A stretch of 64,000 bases of DNA from an uncultured Bacilli bacterium (GTDB lineage: Bacteria; Bacillota_I; Bacilli_A; RF39; UBA660). Positions 47,315 through 56,372 of the stretch are shown piece by piece. The stretch covers positions 2,398 to 66,397 of the forward strand of contig CAKOMR010000006.1 of the NCBI GenBank assembly GCA_934096705.1. Reading direction: 5' to 3'. The position numbers and the translations under genes were made by a program. Under the pieces are notes generated by a model. The model searched no databases. It was not told the origin of the DNA and saw nothing but the letters and a program-made list of their open reading frames with translations. Each line of letters begins with the position of its first letter. Position 1 is the first letter of the stretch.

Positions 47315-47318
47315 CATT

Positions 47319-47954
47319 TTATTTATTTTCTGCAAATAAAGAATTTTTATATTTATTAATCATGTTCTTTTCTTTTTTACTAATAACTTCTTTATAATAA
47401 CAATCACTACAAAGTGGTACATAACTAACATCGTCGACACCATCTATGGCAACTTCATCACCTGAAAAAACAAACGTACCATTAACTTTTCTTGCATTAA
47501 ATATAGCGGTTTCCCCACACTTACAGTTAACAGTTAACTCATTTTTTCTATCAGCATAACCCATTAATGCTTGCGTACCTTTAAAAAGCCTTCCTTTAAA
47601 ATCACTTTTTAAAGCATAACAAATAACTGTTATCCCTATCTCATGGGAAAGCATCCAAAATTCAAATATTTGTCTTTCTGTTAAAAATTGTGCTTCATCC
47701 ACTAAAACAACCTCAGTACCTTTTATAAGAGATAAATACTTTTCATCAAATATAGAATCTTTTTCATCTAAAAGGATATCAACTTTAGCTTTTTCTTTAG
47801 TTCTATTTATTACATAGTCTCCGCCCTTTGTATCAAGTAAAGGCTTAAGTATTAAAACTTTGTGTCCATGTTTTCTATAATTATAATTATCTTGTAGTAA
47901 CTTTGTGGTCTTACCACTTTCCATTGTTCCATAAAATAGGGTTAAATCTGTCAT
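47319..47954 (-). CDS. tdk: Thymidine kinase
   Basis: GTMESGKTTKLL (P-loop), VLVDEAQF and C-terminal Zn cysteines CKCGE...CSDCY. Confidence 0.9.
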   Translation of the reverse strand: MTDLTLFYGTMESGKTTKLLQDNYNYRKHGHKVLILKPLLDTKGGDYVINRTKEKAKVDILLDEKDSIFDEKYLSLIKGTEVVLVDEAQFLTERQIFEFWMLSHEIGITVICYALKSDFKGRLFKGTQALMGYADRKNELTVNCKCGETAIFNARKVNGTFVFSGDEVAIDGVDDVSYVPLCSDCYYKEVISKKEKNMINKYKNSLFAENK

Positions 47955-48679
47955 TTATTCTCTCCAAAAACTAACATTTTTTTATCAATATAAAGTCCAG
48001 TAAATGAATCATAATAGTCAGTAACAAACTTATTAATGATTTTTTTTATCCTATTATCTACATTTATTGTATTTATTGACTCTATATCTATATAATAATA
48101 CATCCTAATAAGTTTTACTATCTTTAAATCGATTATTTGTTCATTTTGATAGCAATCTTTACATATAAGTCCACCATAAGATGCATCAATTGTAACAATA
48201 TTAGTTTTTTTGCCACATCTTATACAACTATCTAAATTTAAGCCCACTCCTAAGTATGGTAAAAGTTTTAATTCTAAAATATTACATAATGTTAATGGGT
48301 CTAAATTTTTCTCTATTTTTAATATAGTTTTGATAAATAAATCATAAATTTTTGGATTATTATTTTGTTTAACTACTTGTGTTATAAGTTTAGTTAAATA
48401 TAAAGAAACACTTATTTTATCAAGGTCAGTTCGAATATTTACTAAAGGATCTTTAACATCAACACTTATTAAATTTGATAGTTTACCTTCTTTATACTGC
48501 AAATTAAAAACGCCATAGGTAAGTATTTGTGTGCAAGCCCTAAGAGGAGATTTCATTTTCTTAGCGCCTTTACACATTATTCCTATAAGGCCTTTTTCTC
48601 TTGTTAATACATTAATTATTTTGCTAGATTCACCATAAGGCGTTTCTGTAACAATAAAACCTTCTACTTCCTGTGGCAT
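47951..48679 (-). CDS. recO: DNA repair protein RecO
   Basis: N-terminal OB region (EGFIVTETPYGESSKIINVLTREKG), Zn-finger CIRCGKK...CKDC and synteny era-yqzL-recO. Confidence 0.85.
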   Translation of the reverse strand: MPQEVEGFIVTETPYGESSKIINVLTREKGLIGIMCKGAKKMKSPLRACTQILTYGVFNLQYKEGKLSNLISVDVKDPLVNIRTDLDKISVSLYLTKLITQVVKQNNNPKIYDLFIKTILKIEKNLDPLTLCNILELKLLPYLGVGLNLDSCIRCGKKTNIVTIDASYGGLICKDCYQNEQIIDLKIVKLIRMYYYIDIESINTINVDNRIKKIINKFVTDYYDSFTGLYIDKKMLVFGENK

Positions 48680-48777
48680 TATTTTCCTTCTTTAACTTTT
48701 TTATAATTTAAATAATCTTCAACTTTTCCACTTGTTTTAAATTTATTCCAAGCCTCTTTCGTAGTCAACCTTTTCAC
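48679..48777 (-). CDS. yqzL: YqzL-like micro-protein (32 aa; below the ORF-track size cutoff)
   Basis: Own translation gives VKRLTTKEAWNKFKTSGKVEDYLNYKKVKEGK*. GTG start at 48777; TAA overlaps the recO ATG (TAATG). Motif W..F..tG.ve.YL.yK and the position between era and recO fit YqzL. Confidence 0.45.
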   Translation of the reverse strand: MKRLTTKEAWNKFKTSGKVEDYLNYKKVKEGK

Positions 48778-48813
48778 CCTTTCTAATTATATGATGATGA
48801 AAAGATTACTTTT

Positions 48814-49698
48814 TTATTCATTATTTAAATAACCTAATTCTAATAAATACTTTTCTTTATCTTTCCAATTTTTTATAGTTTTAACATAAAGCTCTATATA
48901 AACTTTTTTACCAACCATTTTTTCGATTTCTTCACGGGCTTCAATACCAACTTTTTTAAGTCTACTACCATTTTTCCCAATAACTATTTTTTTAATAGAA
49001 TCTCTATCAACTATAATATCTACTAAAATATTTACTACATCTTTTTTTTCATGGTAACCAACGCAGTTGCAAGCAATGCTATGAGGAACTTCTTCAATTG
49101 TATCATTTAAAAGTTTTTCTCTAACAATTTCAGATACCATAAAGCTCATTGAATTTGATGTAATCATATCATCGTCATAATATTTAACTTCATCAGATAA
49201 ATATTTTTTTATTACTTCAATAAGTCTATCTGTATTATCATTTGTCATAGCAGAAACCGGAACAATGTCTGAAAAAGGATATAAATCTTTATACTCATTT
49301 ATTGTATAAAGAAGTATTTCATCAGATATTTGATCTATTTTATTTATAACTAAAATAACGGGAATTTCAACATTTTTTAAAATATTTAAAATATATCTAT
49401 CTCCAGGGCCAATACCTTTTTTACCATCTATAACAAAAAGTATTGCATCAACATCCTCAGTCATTTCTTTTGCTTTTTTATTTAATATTTTGCCTAGTCT
49501 ATTAATTGGTTTAGCTATACCTGGAGTATCCACAAATACAATTTGATAATCTTTTTCATTATATATACCTTGAATAACATTTCTAGTTGTACCTGCTTTA
49601 TCAGATGTAATAGCAATTTTTTGAGTAATTAAGGAATTAATTAAAGTTGATTTTCCTACATTTGGTCTTCCTATTAAACTTACAAATCCACTTTTCAT
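48814..49698 (-). CDS. era: GTPase Era
   Basis: GRPNVGKSTLIN, DTPGI, NKID and a C-terminal KH domain (IIGKNGSRLKKVG). Confidence 0.95.
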   Translation of the reverse strand: MKSGFVSLIGRPNVGKSTLINSLITQKIAITSDKAGTTRNVIQGIYNEKDYQIVFVDTPGIAKPINRLGKILNKKAKEMTEDVDAILFVIDGKKGIGPGDRYILNILKNVEIPVILVINKIDQISDEILLYTINEYKDLYPFSDIVPVSAMTNDNTDRLIEVIKKYLSDEVKYYDDDMITSNSMSFMVSEIVREKLLNDTIEEVPHSIACNCVGYHEKKDVVNILVDIIVDRDSIKKIVIGKNGSRLKKVGIEAREEIEKMVGKKVYIELYVKTIKNWKDKEKYLLELGYLNNE

Positions 49699-49705
49699 AA
49701 CTCAC

Positions 49706-50104
49706 CTATTTAAATAAACTTATTATATATGGTAAAAATATTATTGCATTTACTATTATTGCCATAAATGTTGCCATACAAGTTGCTGCTGAACCACAAT
49801 CTTTTGCTACTTTTGCAAGTGGATGATATTCTTGAGTTACTAAATCAACAGTAGCTTCTATAGCGGTATTTAAAAACTCAATTTCCATTATAAGAAGCAT
49901 ACTTATTAAAGCAAAAATCCATTGCATAAAAGTAATTTTAAAAATAATACCACACACAATAATTGCCACTATACCAATTGTTTCAAATATAAAACTAGTT
50001 TCATGAGTATAACAATAAATAAATCCTTGAAAAGAATATTTAAACTTATGTAATACATCTTTAACTGGTCCAACTTTTTCACCTTTGCGTTTTATTAAAT
50101 CCAT
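49706..50104 (-). CDS. dgkA: Diacylglycerol/undecaprenol kinase (DgkA family)
   Basis: EFLNTAIEATVDLVTQEYHPLAKVAKDCGSAA in a 3-TM protein. Synteny ybeY-dgkA-era. Confidence 0.85.
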   Translation of the reverse strand: MDLIKRKGEKVGPVKDVLHKFKYSFQGFIYCYTHETSFIFETIGIVAIIVCGIIFKITFMQWIFALISMLLIMEIEFLNTAIEATVDLVTQEYHPLAKVAKDCGSAATCMATFMAIIVNAIIFLPYIISLFK

Positions 50105-50525
50105 TTAATACCAACTCCTGTTTTCCAAACATTATTTCTTCGTCTTCTTTTGATTTTGTATGGTCATATCCAAGTAAATGTAAAAGTCCATGAACTGCTA
50201 AAAAAGCTATCTCTCTAGTTTCGGTATGCCCATACATTTTTGCCTGCTCTTTCATTCTTGGAATGCATATATATATTTCACCTAAAACTCTTATATCGTT
50301 ATACTCACGTTTATCATTATCTTCAAAAGCAAATGATATAACATCAGTTACTCTATCAATATTACGATATTCTTTATTTATTTCTTGAATTTTCTTTTCA
50401 TCTACTAAAACAACTGAAAAAAATGCATTGTTAACTTTTTCCATTTTCAAAGTTCTTTTTAAAACTTTTTTAACAATGCCATATTTTTTATATTTAACTA
50501 AGTCTATTATTTCAAATTTATTCAT
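50079..50525 (-). CDS. ybeY: rRNA maturation endoribonuclease YbeY
   Basis: HGLLHLLGYDH metal-binding motif and TDVISFAF. Confidence 0.9.
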   Translation of the reverse strand: MNKFEIIDLVKYKKYGIVKKVLKRTLKMEKVNNAFFSVVLVDEKKIQEINKEYRNIDRVTDVISFAFEDNDKREYNDIRVLGEIYICIPRMKEQAKMYGHTETREIAFLAVHGLLHLLGYDHTKSKEDEEIMFGKQELVLNGFNKTQR

Positions 50526-50577
50526 CTAGAATACCCCACTAGCAATTATTATAACCAATAATACTTAACAAATCAAA

Positions 50578-51111
50578 CTATTTAAGTGTTTTTTTCTTAA
50601 AAAAAAGTATTACTTTATTAACAAGTATATAAAGCAAGTAACCAATACTACAACCAATAGTATTTAATATAATATCATCAACATCAAAACTACGACCTAT
50701 ATTAAGTTGAACAAACTCAATCGTAGAGCTTACAATAATGGAAATTAGCAAATTATAAAAGATATTTTTAGGTTTAATATAAACAGAAACAATATAACCA
50801 AATGGAATAAATAAGGCTATATTACCAATAACATTTATTAAAAATAGTTCACTATTAATTTTATATCTTAAAATTTCAGTAAAAGGAATAATATTAAATC
50901 CTCCTAAAGTATTATAATCAACTCTTGTTACAAGTTCATATAAAAGAAGTAGATATACAAGTGAAAGCATCATTAGCAATTCTTTATATAAAACAAGTTT
51001 GATTTTATTTATACGTAAATAAGCAAATCTTATACAACATACAGTAACTAGAACTATCACTAATGACGGCCATATATTAATTAAACTATTTTTTAAAACG
51101 TTATAAATCAC
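50578..51111 (-). CDS. VanZ-family membrane protein
   Basis: GFNIIPFTEILRY and SFDVDDIILNTIGCSIGYLLY. Paralogous to the N-terminal half of 15567-16799. Confidence 0.65.
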   Translation of the reverse strand: MIYNVLKNSLINIWPSLVIVLVTVCCIRFAYLRINKIKLVLYKELLMMLSLVYLLLLYELVTRVDYNTLGGFNIIPFTEILRYKINSELFLINVIGNIALFIPFGYIVSVYIKPKNIFYNLLISIIVSSTIEFVQLNIGRSFDVDDIILNTIGCSIGYLLYILVNKVILFFKKKTLK

Positions 51112-51112
51112 A

Positions 51113-52246
51113 CTAACTCTCCTCTAAAATAACTTGTGAACCAATTTGCTTTTCTACTACTATAAACACATCCATATTCATTGTACTATCATTTGCACTT
51201 TTTTGCAAAACTTTTTCTTCAATAATTTTTTCATCATTAGCTAAAGTTAAATTTATTTTTTCTTTAGCTAAATCAATACCTTTTTTTATAATTTCTTCTT
51301 CACTATAAATCAGTTTTTTCTTTTTCACCTCATAATCTTTTCTTAGATATAGTTTAATTCCTAAACCCTCAAATATAAGTTTATTTTTAGATTCATAATT
51401 TTTTAATCTATCATTTAGTAAAACATAATCTTTATCATTAATATTTAATACAAAATTATTTCTCTTTTTTTTAGTAAACTTTGTTTCATAATATTCAAAA
51501 GGTATATTAACACTTACATTATACCAAACTTCTGCATAAATACTTGCATCTGCACAAACCTGATTAACTTGATTTTCATTTAAAAAAATATCACCACTTA
51601 CAAGTAAATCTCCTTTTTTTACATAATCATTAATCTTTATTAAATTATTACCTTTATATATTTTAAACCTTTTTATAAGTCCATCATTTGAAGCATAAAT
51701 GCCACAGTACGAATGATTAATTTCTTTTTCAGGAATAATTTTTTCTTCGACTTTTACAATATATTTCATGCCTTTGCTACTAATCTCTAGCCAATCAATT
51801 TTATCATTATATTTTGTTTTAATCTTCTCTTTTATTTCATTTAATTTGTTAAAACTTTTTTTCAAAGTAAACGCACTTACTCCATACTCACGTAATTCTT
51901 CTTTAAGTAAATTTACTATTTTTTCATTTTCATGATCAATTTCTACATCTACGATAACATGTGAGAACGCAAAAACTATTAAAAAAATCGTAATCATACT
52001 AAAAAAAATCAAATAATAATTCTTTAGTATTTTTTTATAATATATTAATCCATAATATCTTACTATTTTAAAATTCAAATATTTATAATATTTATTTATT
52101 TTTTCAAAATCTTTGTATTTAATTTTAAAATAAAAATGATTATTTTTTTCATAAGACAAATAAATAGCAACATTTATATTATTTAATTTTAAAGTAACAT
52201 CATTAAGACTTTTTCCACTACCTTTAATTAAAATATAATCAGTCAT
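51113..52246 (-). CDS. yqfD: Sporulation protein YqfD
   Basis: 377 aa with one central TM. The N-terminal region and the IVA..GLIKR..I..G....KINDYVKKGDLLVSG motif are typical of YqfD. The yqfC-yqfD pair overlaps by 8 nt. Confidence 0.7.
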   Translation of the reverse strand: MTDYILIKGSGKSLNDVTLKLNNINVAIYLSYEKNNHFYFKIKYKDFEKINKYYKYLNFKIVRYYGLIYYKKILKNYYLIFFSMITIFLIVFAFSHVIVDVEIDHENEKIVNLLKEELREYGVSAFTLKKSFNKLNEIKEKIKTKYNDKIDWLEISSKGMKYIVKVEEKIIPEKEINHSYCGIYASNDGLIKRFKIYKGNNLIKINDYVKKGDLLVSGDIFLNENQVNQVCADASIYAEVWYNVSVNIPFEYYETKFTKKKRNNFVLNINDKDYVLLNDRLKNYESKNKLIFEGLGIKLYLRKDYEVKKKKLIYSEEEIIKKGIDLAKEKINLTLANDEKIIEEKVLQKSANDSTMNMDVFIVVEKQIGSQVILEES

Positions 52247-52484
52247 AAATTTTTCCTATATTATTAATAAATCCCTCAATAAGAAGTTCTTTTTTATTTA
52301 ACTTTTCAATTTTTAAATTACTACCTATTATATTTACTTTAAAATTATTTATTTTTAAAACTATTTTGGAATTTGTTAATGTTTCAATTTCATCATAATT
52401 ATAAACATATACATGGCCACTATAAATTGATATAAAAAAATCTTTATCATACAAAAAATTTTCTAAAGCATATTTTATATTCAA
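52239..52484 (-). CDS. yqfC: Sporulation protein YqfC (YabP/YqfC family)
   Basis: 81 aa, beta-rich (KIVLKINNFKVNIIGSNLKIEKLNKKELLIEG), immediately upstream of yqfD. Confidence 0.6.
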   Translation of the reverse strand: MNIKYALENFLYDKDFFISIYSGHVYVYNYDEIETLTNSKIVLKINNFKVNIIGSNLKIEKLNKKELLIEGFINNIGKIYD

Positions 52485-52506
52485 ACTATCACCAATAGAT
52501 TATATG

Positions 52507-52532
52507 AAAAAAAGATAGAATTTATCTATCTT
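52507..52532 (-). terminator. Rho-independent terminator of tex
   Basis: Stem AAGATAG/CTATCTT (52512-52518 / 52526-52532) plus a minus-strand T-run. It overlaps the stop. Confidence 0.6.
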
Positions 52533-54678
52533 AATCATTAAATAATGAAAGGTTTACTTTCTCTTTTTCTTTATCAATACCTATTACATAGCAGTCTACA
52601 ATATCTCCAACTGATAAAACTTCACTTGGATGTTTAATATAATTTTTACTCATTTTAGAAATATGGATTAAACCATCATTATGTAATCCAATATCAACAA
52701 ATGCACCAAAGTCTACAACATTACGAACTGTTCCTTGAATTTTCATACCTATACTTAAATCTTTAATTTCTAAAATATCACTTTTAAGAATTGGTTTTGG
52801 CATTTCATCTCTCGGATCTCTGTGAGGTTTTTTTAATGAATTTAAAATACCCTGCACTGTATAAATATCACTTTTAGTTTGATTAACTAATTCATCTTCA
52901 TTTATATTATCAAGTTTTGATAAAATACTTTCTTTACCAATATCGTCATAACTTATATTTAAAATATCCATAATTTTTTTAGCAACATCATAACTTTCTG
53001 GGTGAATATCTGTAGTATCAAATGGATTAGTTCCACCCTCAACCCTCATAAAACCAATTGCTTGTTCATAAGCTTTAGCACTTAATAACTTATTTTTTAG
53101 TATTTCTTCCCTAGAAGTAATTTTCCCCTCATTTTCACGATAATTAATAATTTTATCTATGAAATTCTTTGTCATTCCAGAAACATATTTTAAAAGTGAA
53201 GAACTAGCGGTATTAATATTTACTCCGACATCATTTACAACTTTTGTTACAACAAAATCAAGTGACTCTGAAAGTTTTTTATCATTAACATCATGTTGAT
53301 ATAATCCTACGCCAATACTTGCTGGATCAATTTTTACAAGTTCTGCTAAAGCATCTTGAAGTCTTCTACCGATACTTATTGCACTTCTTTCCTCAACAAC
53401 TAAATTTGGAAATTCACTTATAGCAAGCTTTGAGGCACTATAGACTGAAGCTCCTGCTTCACTAACAATTATATAATCAACTTTATGATTTACACTTTTT
53501 AAAACATCAATAATAAATTTTTCACTTTCTCTTGAAGCAGTTCCATTACCAATAGCAACAATATCAACATTATATTTATTTATTAAATCAATAGTTTTAA
53601 TTTTTGCCTCTTCATATTTATTTACGGGTTCATGTGGATAAATTTTTTCAATTGTTAAAACTTTTCCAACAGGATTTAATACTGCAAGTTTGCAACCAGT
53701 TCTAAATGCAGGATCAAGTCCTAAAACAATCTTGTCTTTTATCGGTGGCGTTAAAAGTAAATTATTTAGGTTTTCACTAAAATTTTTAATTGCTACGTCT
53801 TCTGCAGTGTCAGAAAGTTCTGCTCTAATCTCCCTTTCAATACTTGGATAAATAAGTCTTTTATAACTATCCTTTATAGCATCTTCAACAATTTTTACTA
53901 CAAAACTTTCTTTATTTTTGATTATTTTTTCTTCTAAAAAACTGATTATTTTATCATTATCAATATTCAAAGAAACTGTTACTACTTTTTCTTTTTCTGC
54001 TCTATTTATTGCAAGTACACGATATGACTTAATAAGTCTTATGCTTTCGGAAAAATCATAATACATCTCATATACTTTTTTCTCATCAACAGCATCTTTT
54101 TTCTTTTTAGATACTAGTGTTCCATTTTTAAAAATATAATTTCTTATCCATTTTCTGTAATAAGCATTGTCAGAAATATATTCTGCAATTATGTAACCAG
54201 CACCATTTATTGCATCATCAATAGTTTTAACTTTATCATTTACAAACTTCCCTGCTAAAAGTTCAATATTACCTTTAACTGGAAAAGACATAATCATTTT
54301 TGCAAGTGGTTCTAGGCCATTATTAATTGCATCTGTAGCTTTAGTTTTCTTTTTTTCTTTAAATGGTCTATATAAATCTTCAACTTCAACAAGTTTTTCT
54401 GAAGCCATAATTTTATCTCTTAATTCATCTGTTAATAAACCTTTTTCATCAATAAGTTTTATGACACTTTCTTTTCGTTCTAATAATTTATTTTCATAAT
54501 CATAAACTTCATTTATTTTTCTTATTTGCTCTTCATCAAGTGCACCTGTGGCTTCTTTTCTATATCTAGCAATAAATGGAATTGTACATCCTTCACTTAA
54601 AAGTTCTAAAGTTTTTTGGACTTGCGATACCTTTATATTTAAATTATTTGCAATATTTTCAATTATTATATTATTCAT
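52531..54678 (-). CDS. Tex-like transcription accessory protein (YqgF/HhH/S1 domains)
   Basis: TIPFIARYRKEATG, YqgF-like LGLDPAFRTGCK, HhH region and C-terminal S1 domain GTVRNVVDFGAFVDIG...DGLIHISK. Confidence 0.9.
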   Translation of the reverse strand: MNNIIIENIANNLNIKVSQVQKTLELLSEGCTIPFIARYRKEATGALDEEQIRKINEVYDYENKLLERKESVIKLIDEKGLLTDELRDKIMASEKLVEVEDLYRPFKEKKKTKATDAINNGLEPLAKMIMSFPVKGNIELLAGKFVNDKVKTIDDAINGAGYIIAEYISDNAYYRKWIRNYIFKNGTLVSKKKKDAVDEKKVYEMYYDFSESIRLIKSYRVLAINRAEKEKVVTVSLNIDNDKIISFLEEKIIKNKESFVVKIVEDAIKDSYKRLIYPSIEREIRAELSDTAEDVAIKNFSENLNNLLLTPPIKDKIVLGLDPAFRTGCKLAVLNPVGKVLTIEKIYPHEPVNKYEEAKIKTIDLINKYNVDIVAIGNGTASRESEKFIIDVLKSVNHKVDYIIVSEAGASVYSASKLAISEFPNLVVEERSAISIGRRLQDALAELVKIDPASIGVGLYQHDVNDKKLSESLDFVVTKVVNDVGVNINTASSSLLKYVSGMTKNFIDKIINYRENEGKITSREEILKNKLLSAKAYEQAIGFMRVEGGTNPFDTTDIHPESYDVAKKIMDILNISYDDIGKESILSKLDNINEDELVNQTKSDIYTVQGILNSLKKPHRDPRDEMPKPILKSDILEIKDLSIGMKIQGTVRNVVDFGAFVDIGLHNDGLIHISKMSKNYIKHPSEVLSVGDIVDCYVIGIDKEKEKVNLSLFND

Positions 54679-54807
54679 TTTATACCTCAAACAAGATTAT
54701 AACATAAAAAAAACTAAAATTACTATTAACATGACACTTATTTACAATTTACTATGAAATACATAGAAAGCATGGAAATTACCATAATTTTGTAGAAATT
54801 ATGACAC

Positions 54808-54830
54808 TAAAAAACCCCGAATATACGGGA
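54808..54830 (-). terminator. Terminator downstream of the tRNA pair
   Basis: CCCG/CGGG hairpin (54816-54829) with a minus-strand T-run (plus-strand A-run 54808-54814). Confidence 0.55.
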
Positions 54831-54845
54831 TTTTGTTTATCTTGT

Positions 54846-54930
54846 TGGTGCAGGTAAAGGGACTTGAACCCCCACGGATTACTCCATTAGATCCTAAGTC
54901 TAACGCGTCTGCCAATTCCGCCATACCTGC
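54846..54930 (-). tRNA. tRNA-Leu (anticodon TAG), long variable arm, CCA encoded
   Basis: Minus strand GCAGGTATGGCGGAATTGGCAGACGCGTTAGACTTAGGATCTAATGGAGTAATCCGTGGGGGTTCAAGTCCCTTTACCTGCACCA, with anticodon loop CUUAGGA. Confidence 0.9.
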
Positions 54931-54937
54931 AACTGAA

Positions 54938-55014
54938 TGGTGGACCTCATAGGACTCGAACCTATGACCGCCCGGTTATGAGCCGGATGCTCTAACCAAC
55001 TGAGCTAGAGGTCC
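54938..55014 (-). tRNA. tRNA with CAT anticodon (elongator Met or lysidine-modified Ile2; not an initiator), CCA encoded
   Basis: Minus strand GGACCTCTAGCTCAGTTGGTTAGAGCATCCGGCTCATAACCGGGCGGTCATAGGTTCGAGTCCTATGAGGTCCACCA. A paired 1:72 G-C excludes an initiator. Met versus Ile2 cannot be separated by eye. Confidence 0.85.
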
Positions 55015-55086
55015 AACAACACTATGATTATATTATAAAAAAACTAAAAAAGCAATAAAAAAATAAAAAAATAAGCATCAATCAGC

Positions 55087-55506
55087 TTATTTATTTTGTA
55101 ACATATTTAATAAATCAATTTTAAACATTTCTTTTGAGGCATTTTGTTTAGAAATCATTATTCCTTTATATGTAGTAAGTTCACTTCTGTGGCCTTCTAA
55201 TAAAATATCTTCTGGAGTTAATGTTTCAAGAATTACAATACCCTCTTTTTTATGAACTGTATATAAAAGTTTAACCTCTCCATGAATTTGAGTAAATATT
55301 TTATCACTTGGAAGTTTTAATTCATAACTTTCTGTACCATTTTTCTTATTGCTAGCAACCATTTCTCCCACAAAATTACCATTTCTTAATGATGGATAAT
55401 ATTCGAAGTTTAATTTTTTGAAAGCTATCATGTTGTATTTTTTTAACGCTCTTTCTAATTTTCTAAATTCGTTCTCATTAACGTAATCTAATACATAACC
55501 TTTCAT
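55087..55506 (-). CDS. Hypothetical 139-aa protein, no recognisable family
   Basis: ORF with RBS AAGGGGGAAA and its own consensus promoter. No motif could be assigned. Confidence 0.5.
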   Translation of the reverse strand: MKGYVLDYVNENEFRKLERALKKYNMIAFKKLNFEYYPSLRNGNFVGEMVASNKKNGTESYELKLPSDKIFTQIHGEVKLLYTVHKKEGIVILETLTPEDILLEGHRSELTTYKGIMISKQNASKEMFKIDLLNMLQNK

Positions 55507-55532
55507 TTCTATTTCCCCCTTATTACGCTATG

Positions 55533-55561
55533 ATTATAGCATATTTTTTGTAAAATGTCAA
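55533..55561 (-). promoter_or_regulatory. Consensus sigma-A promoter with extended -10
   Basis: Minus strand TTGACA (55561-55556), 17 nt ending in TGC, TATAAT (55538-55533). Confidence 0.55.
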
Positions 55562-55642
55562 ATTTACACCTCATTTATAGTATTTACCAATGGGATTAAA
55601 TTATACTATGAATGTTATTTTACGTCAAGAAAAAGTAATTTT

Positions 55643-56311
55643 TTAATATTTAATTGCTAATTTTCTACTATAATCATAACCATGTCCTAAGTCTTTAGGC
55701 TCGATTTGGCTACCTTTTATAGGTATTAAATAATAATTTATATGATACCTTCTCATTAAAACAAAAGTCATTTTTACATATAAATTTGTAGCTTGCTCAA
55801 ATTGGCCATTTTGAATTAATGCACTTAATGGTTCAAAATAATTAGGCACTATAACTTCATTAATCATACTAAGAGTATTTTCTTTATCATTAGTATAAGA
55901 CTCATAAACTTTTTTAGCGACTTTTACGCCATAAACGTCATAATCAAAAAGTATTTTTTTACCAAAATCTGATGTAAGTAAATAATCTCTTAAAGTTCTT
56001 AAACTTTCTAAATATATATGATTATCAGAATAACCTAAAATATCACAGCAAATCGTTGTTATGTAGCAAAAAGTATCTTTATCTCTACGTGGGTCATAAC
56101 CATGATTATTCATCCAGCTTACTGCCGATGATATATATGAATTGCTTTTTGCTATATCCCTTGAATATCTTGGACATTTTTCATCCATTGCCATAGGTCT
56201 TCCGTGATAAGTACATCTAAATCCTCTTGTAGTAGCATCATTTTTTGATGACAAATCATAATTTTTACATGTTAAACAATAACCTTTATACTCACTTGCA
56301 TAATCTTTCAT
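55643..56311 (-). CDS. Hypothetical Cys-rich protein (N-terminal zinc-ribbon-like CxxC...C...C, then a C-Y-I-T-T-x-C-C motif region)
   Basis: YCLTCKNY...FRCTYHGRPMAMDEKCPRY then FCYITTICCDILGYSDNHIYLESLRTLRDYLL. Start preferred at MKDYASEY. No family name can be given with confidence. Confidence 0.45.
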   Translation of the reverse strand: MKDYASEYKGYCLTCKNYDLSSKNDATTRGFRCTYHGRPMAMDEKCPRYSRDIAKSNSYISSAVSWMNNHGYDPRRDKDTFCYITTICCDILGYSDNHIYLESLRTLRDYLLTSDFGKKILFDYDVYGVKVAKKVYESYTNDKENTLSMINEVIVPNYFEPLSALIQNGQFEQATNLYVKMTFVLMRRYHINYYLIPIKGSQIEPKDLGHGYDYSRKLAIKY

Positions 56312-56372
56312 ATTAACCCCCATAAATTGCTCATATTATACTTTAAAGATTACCTTTTGTCAAATTAAAAGC

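Noticed and set aside
54846-56323. tRNA-Leu/tRNA-CAT pair as the attachment site of an integrated island carrying the two orphan genes
   Set aside because: The orphan genes lie 5' (upstream) of the tRNAs, not at their 3' ends. No integrase gene is present, and I could find no direct repeat of a tRNA 3' segment.
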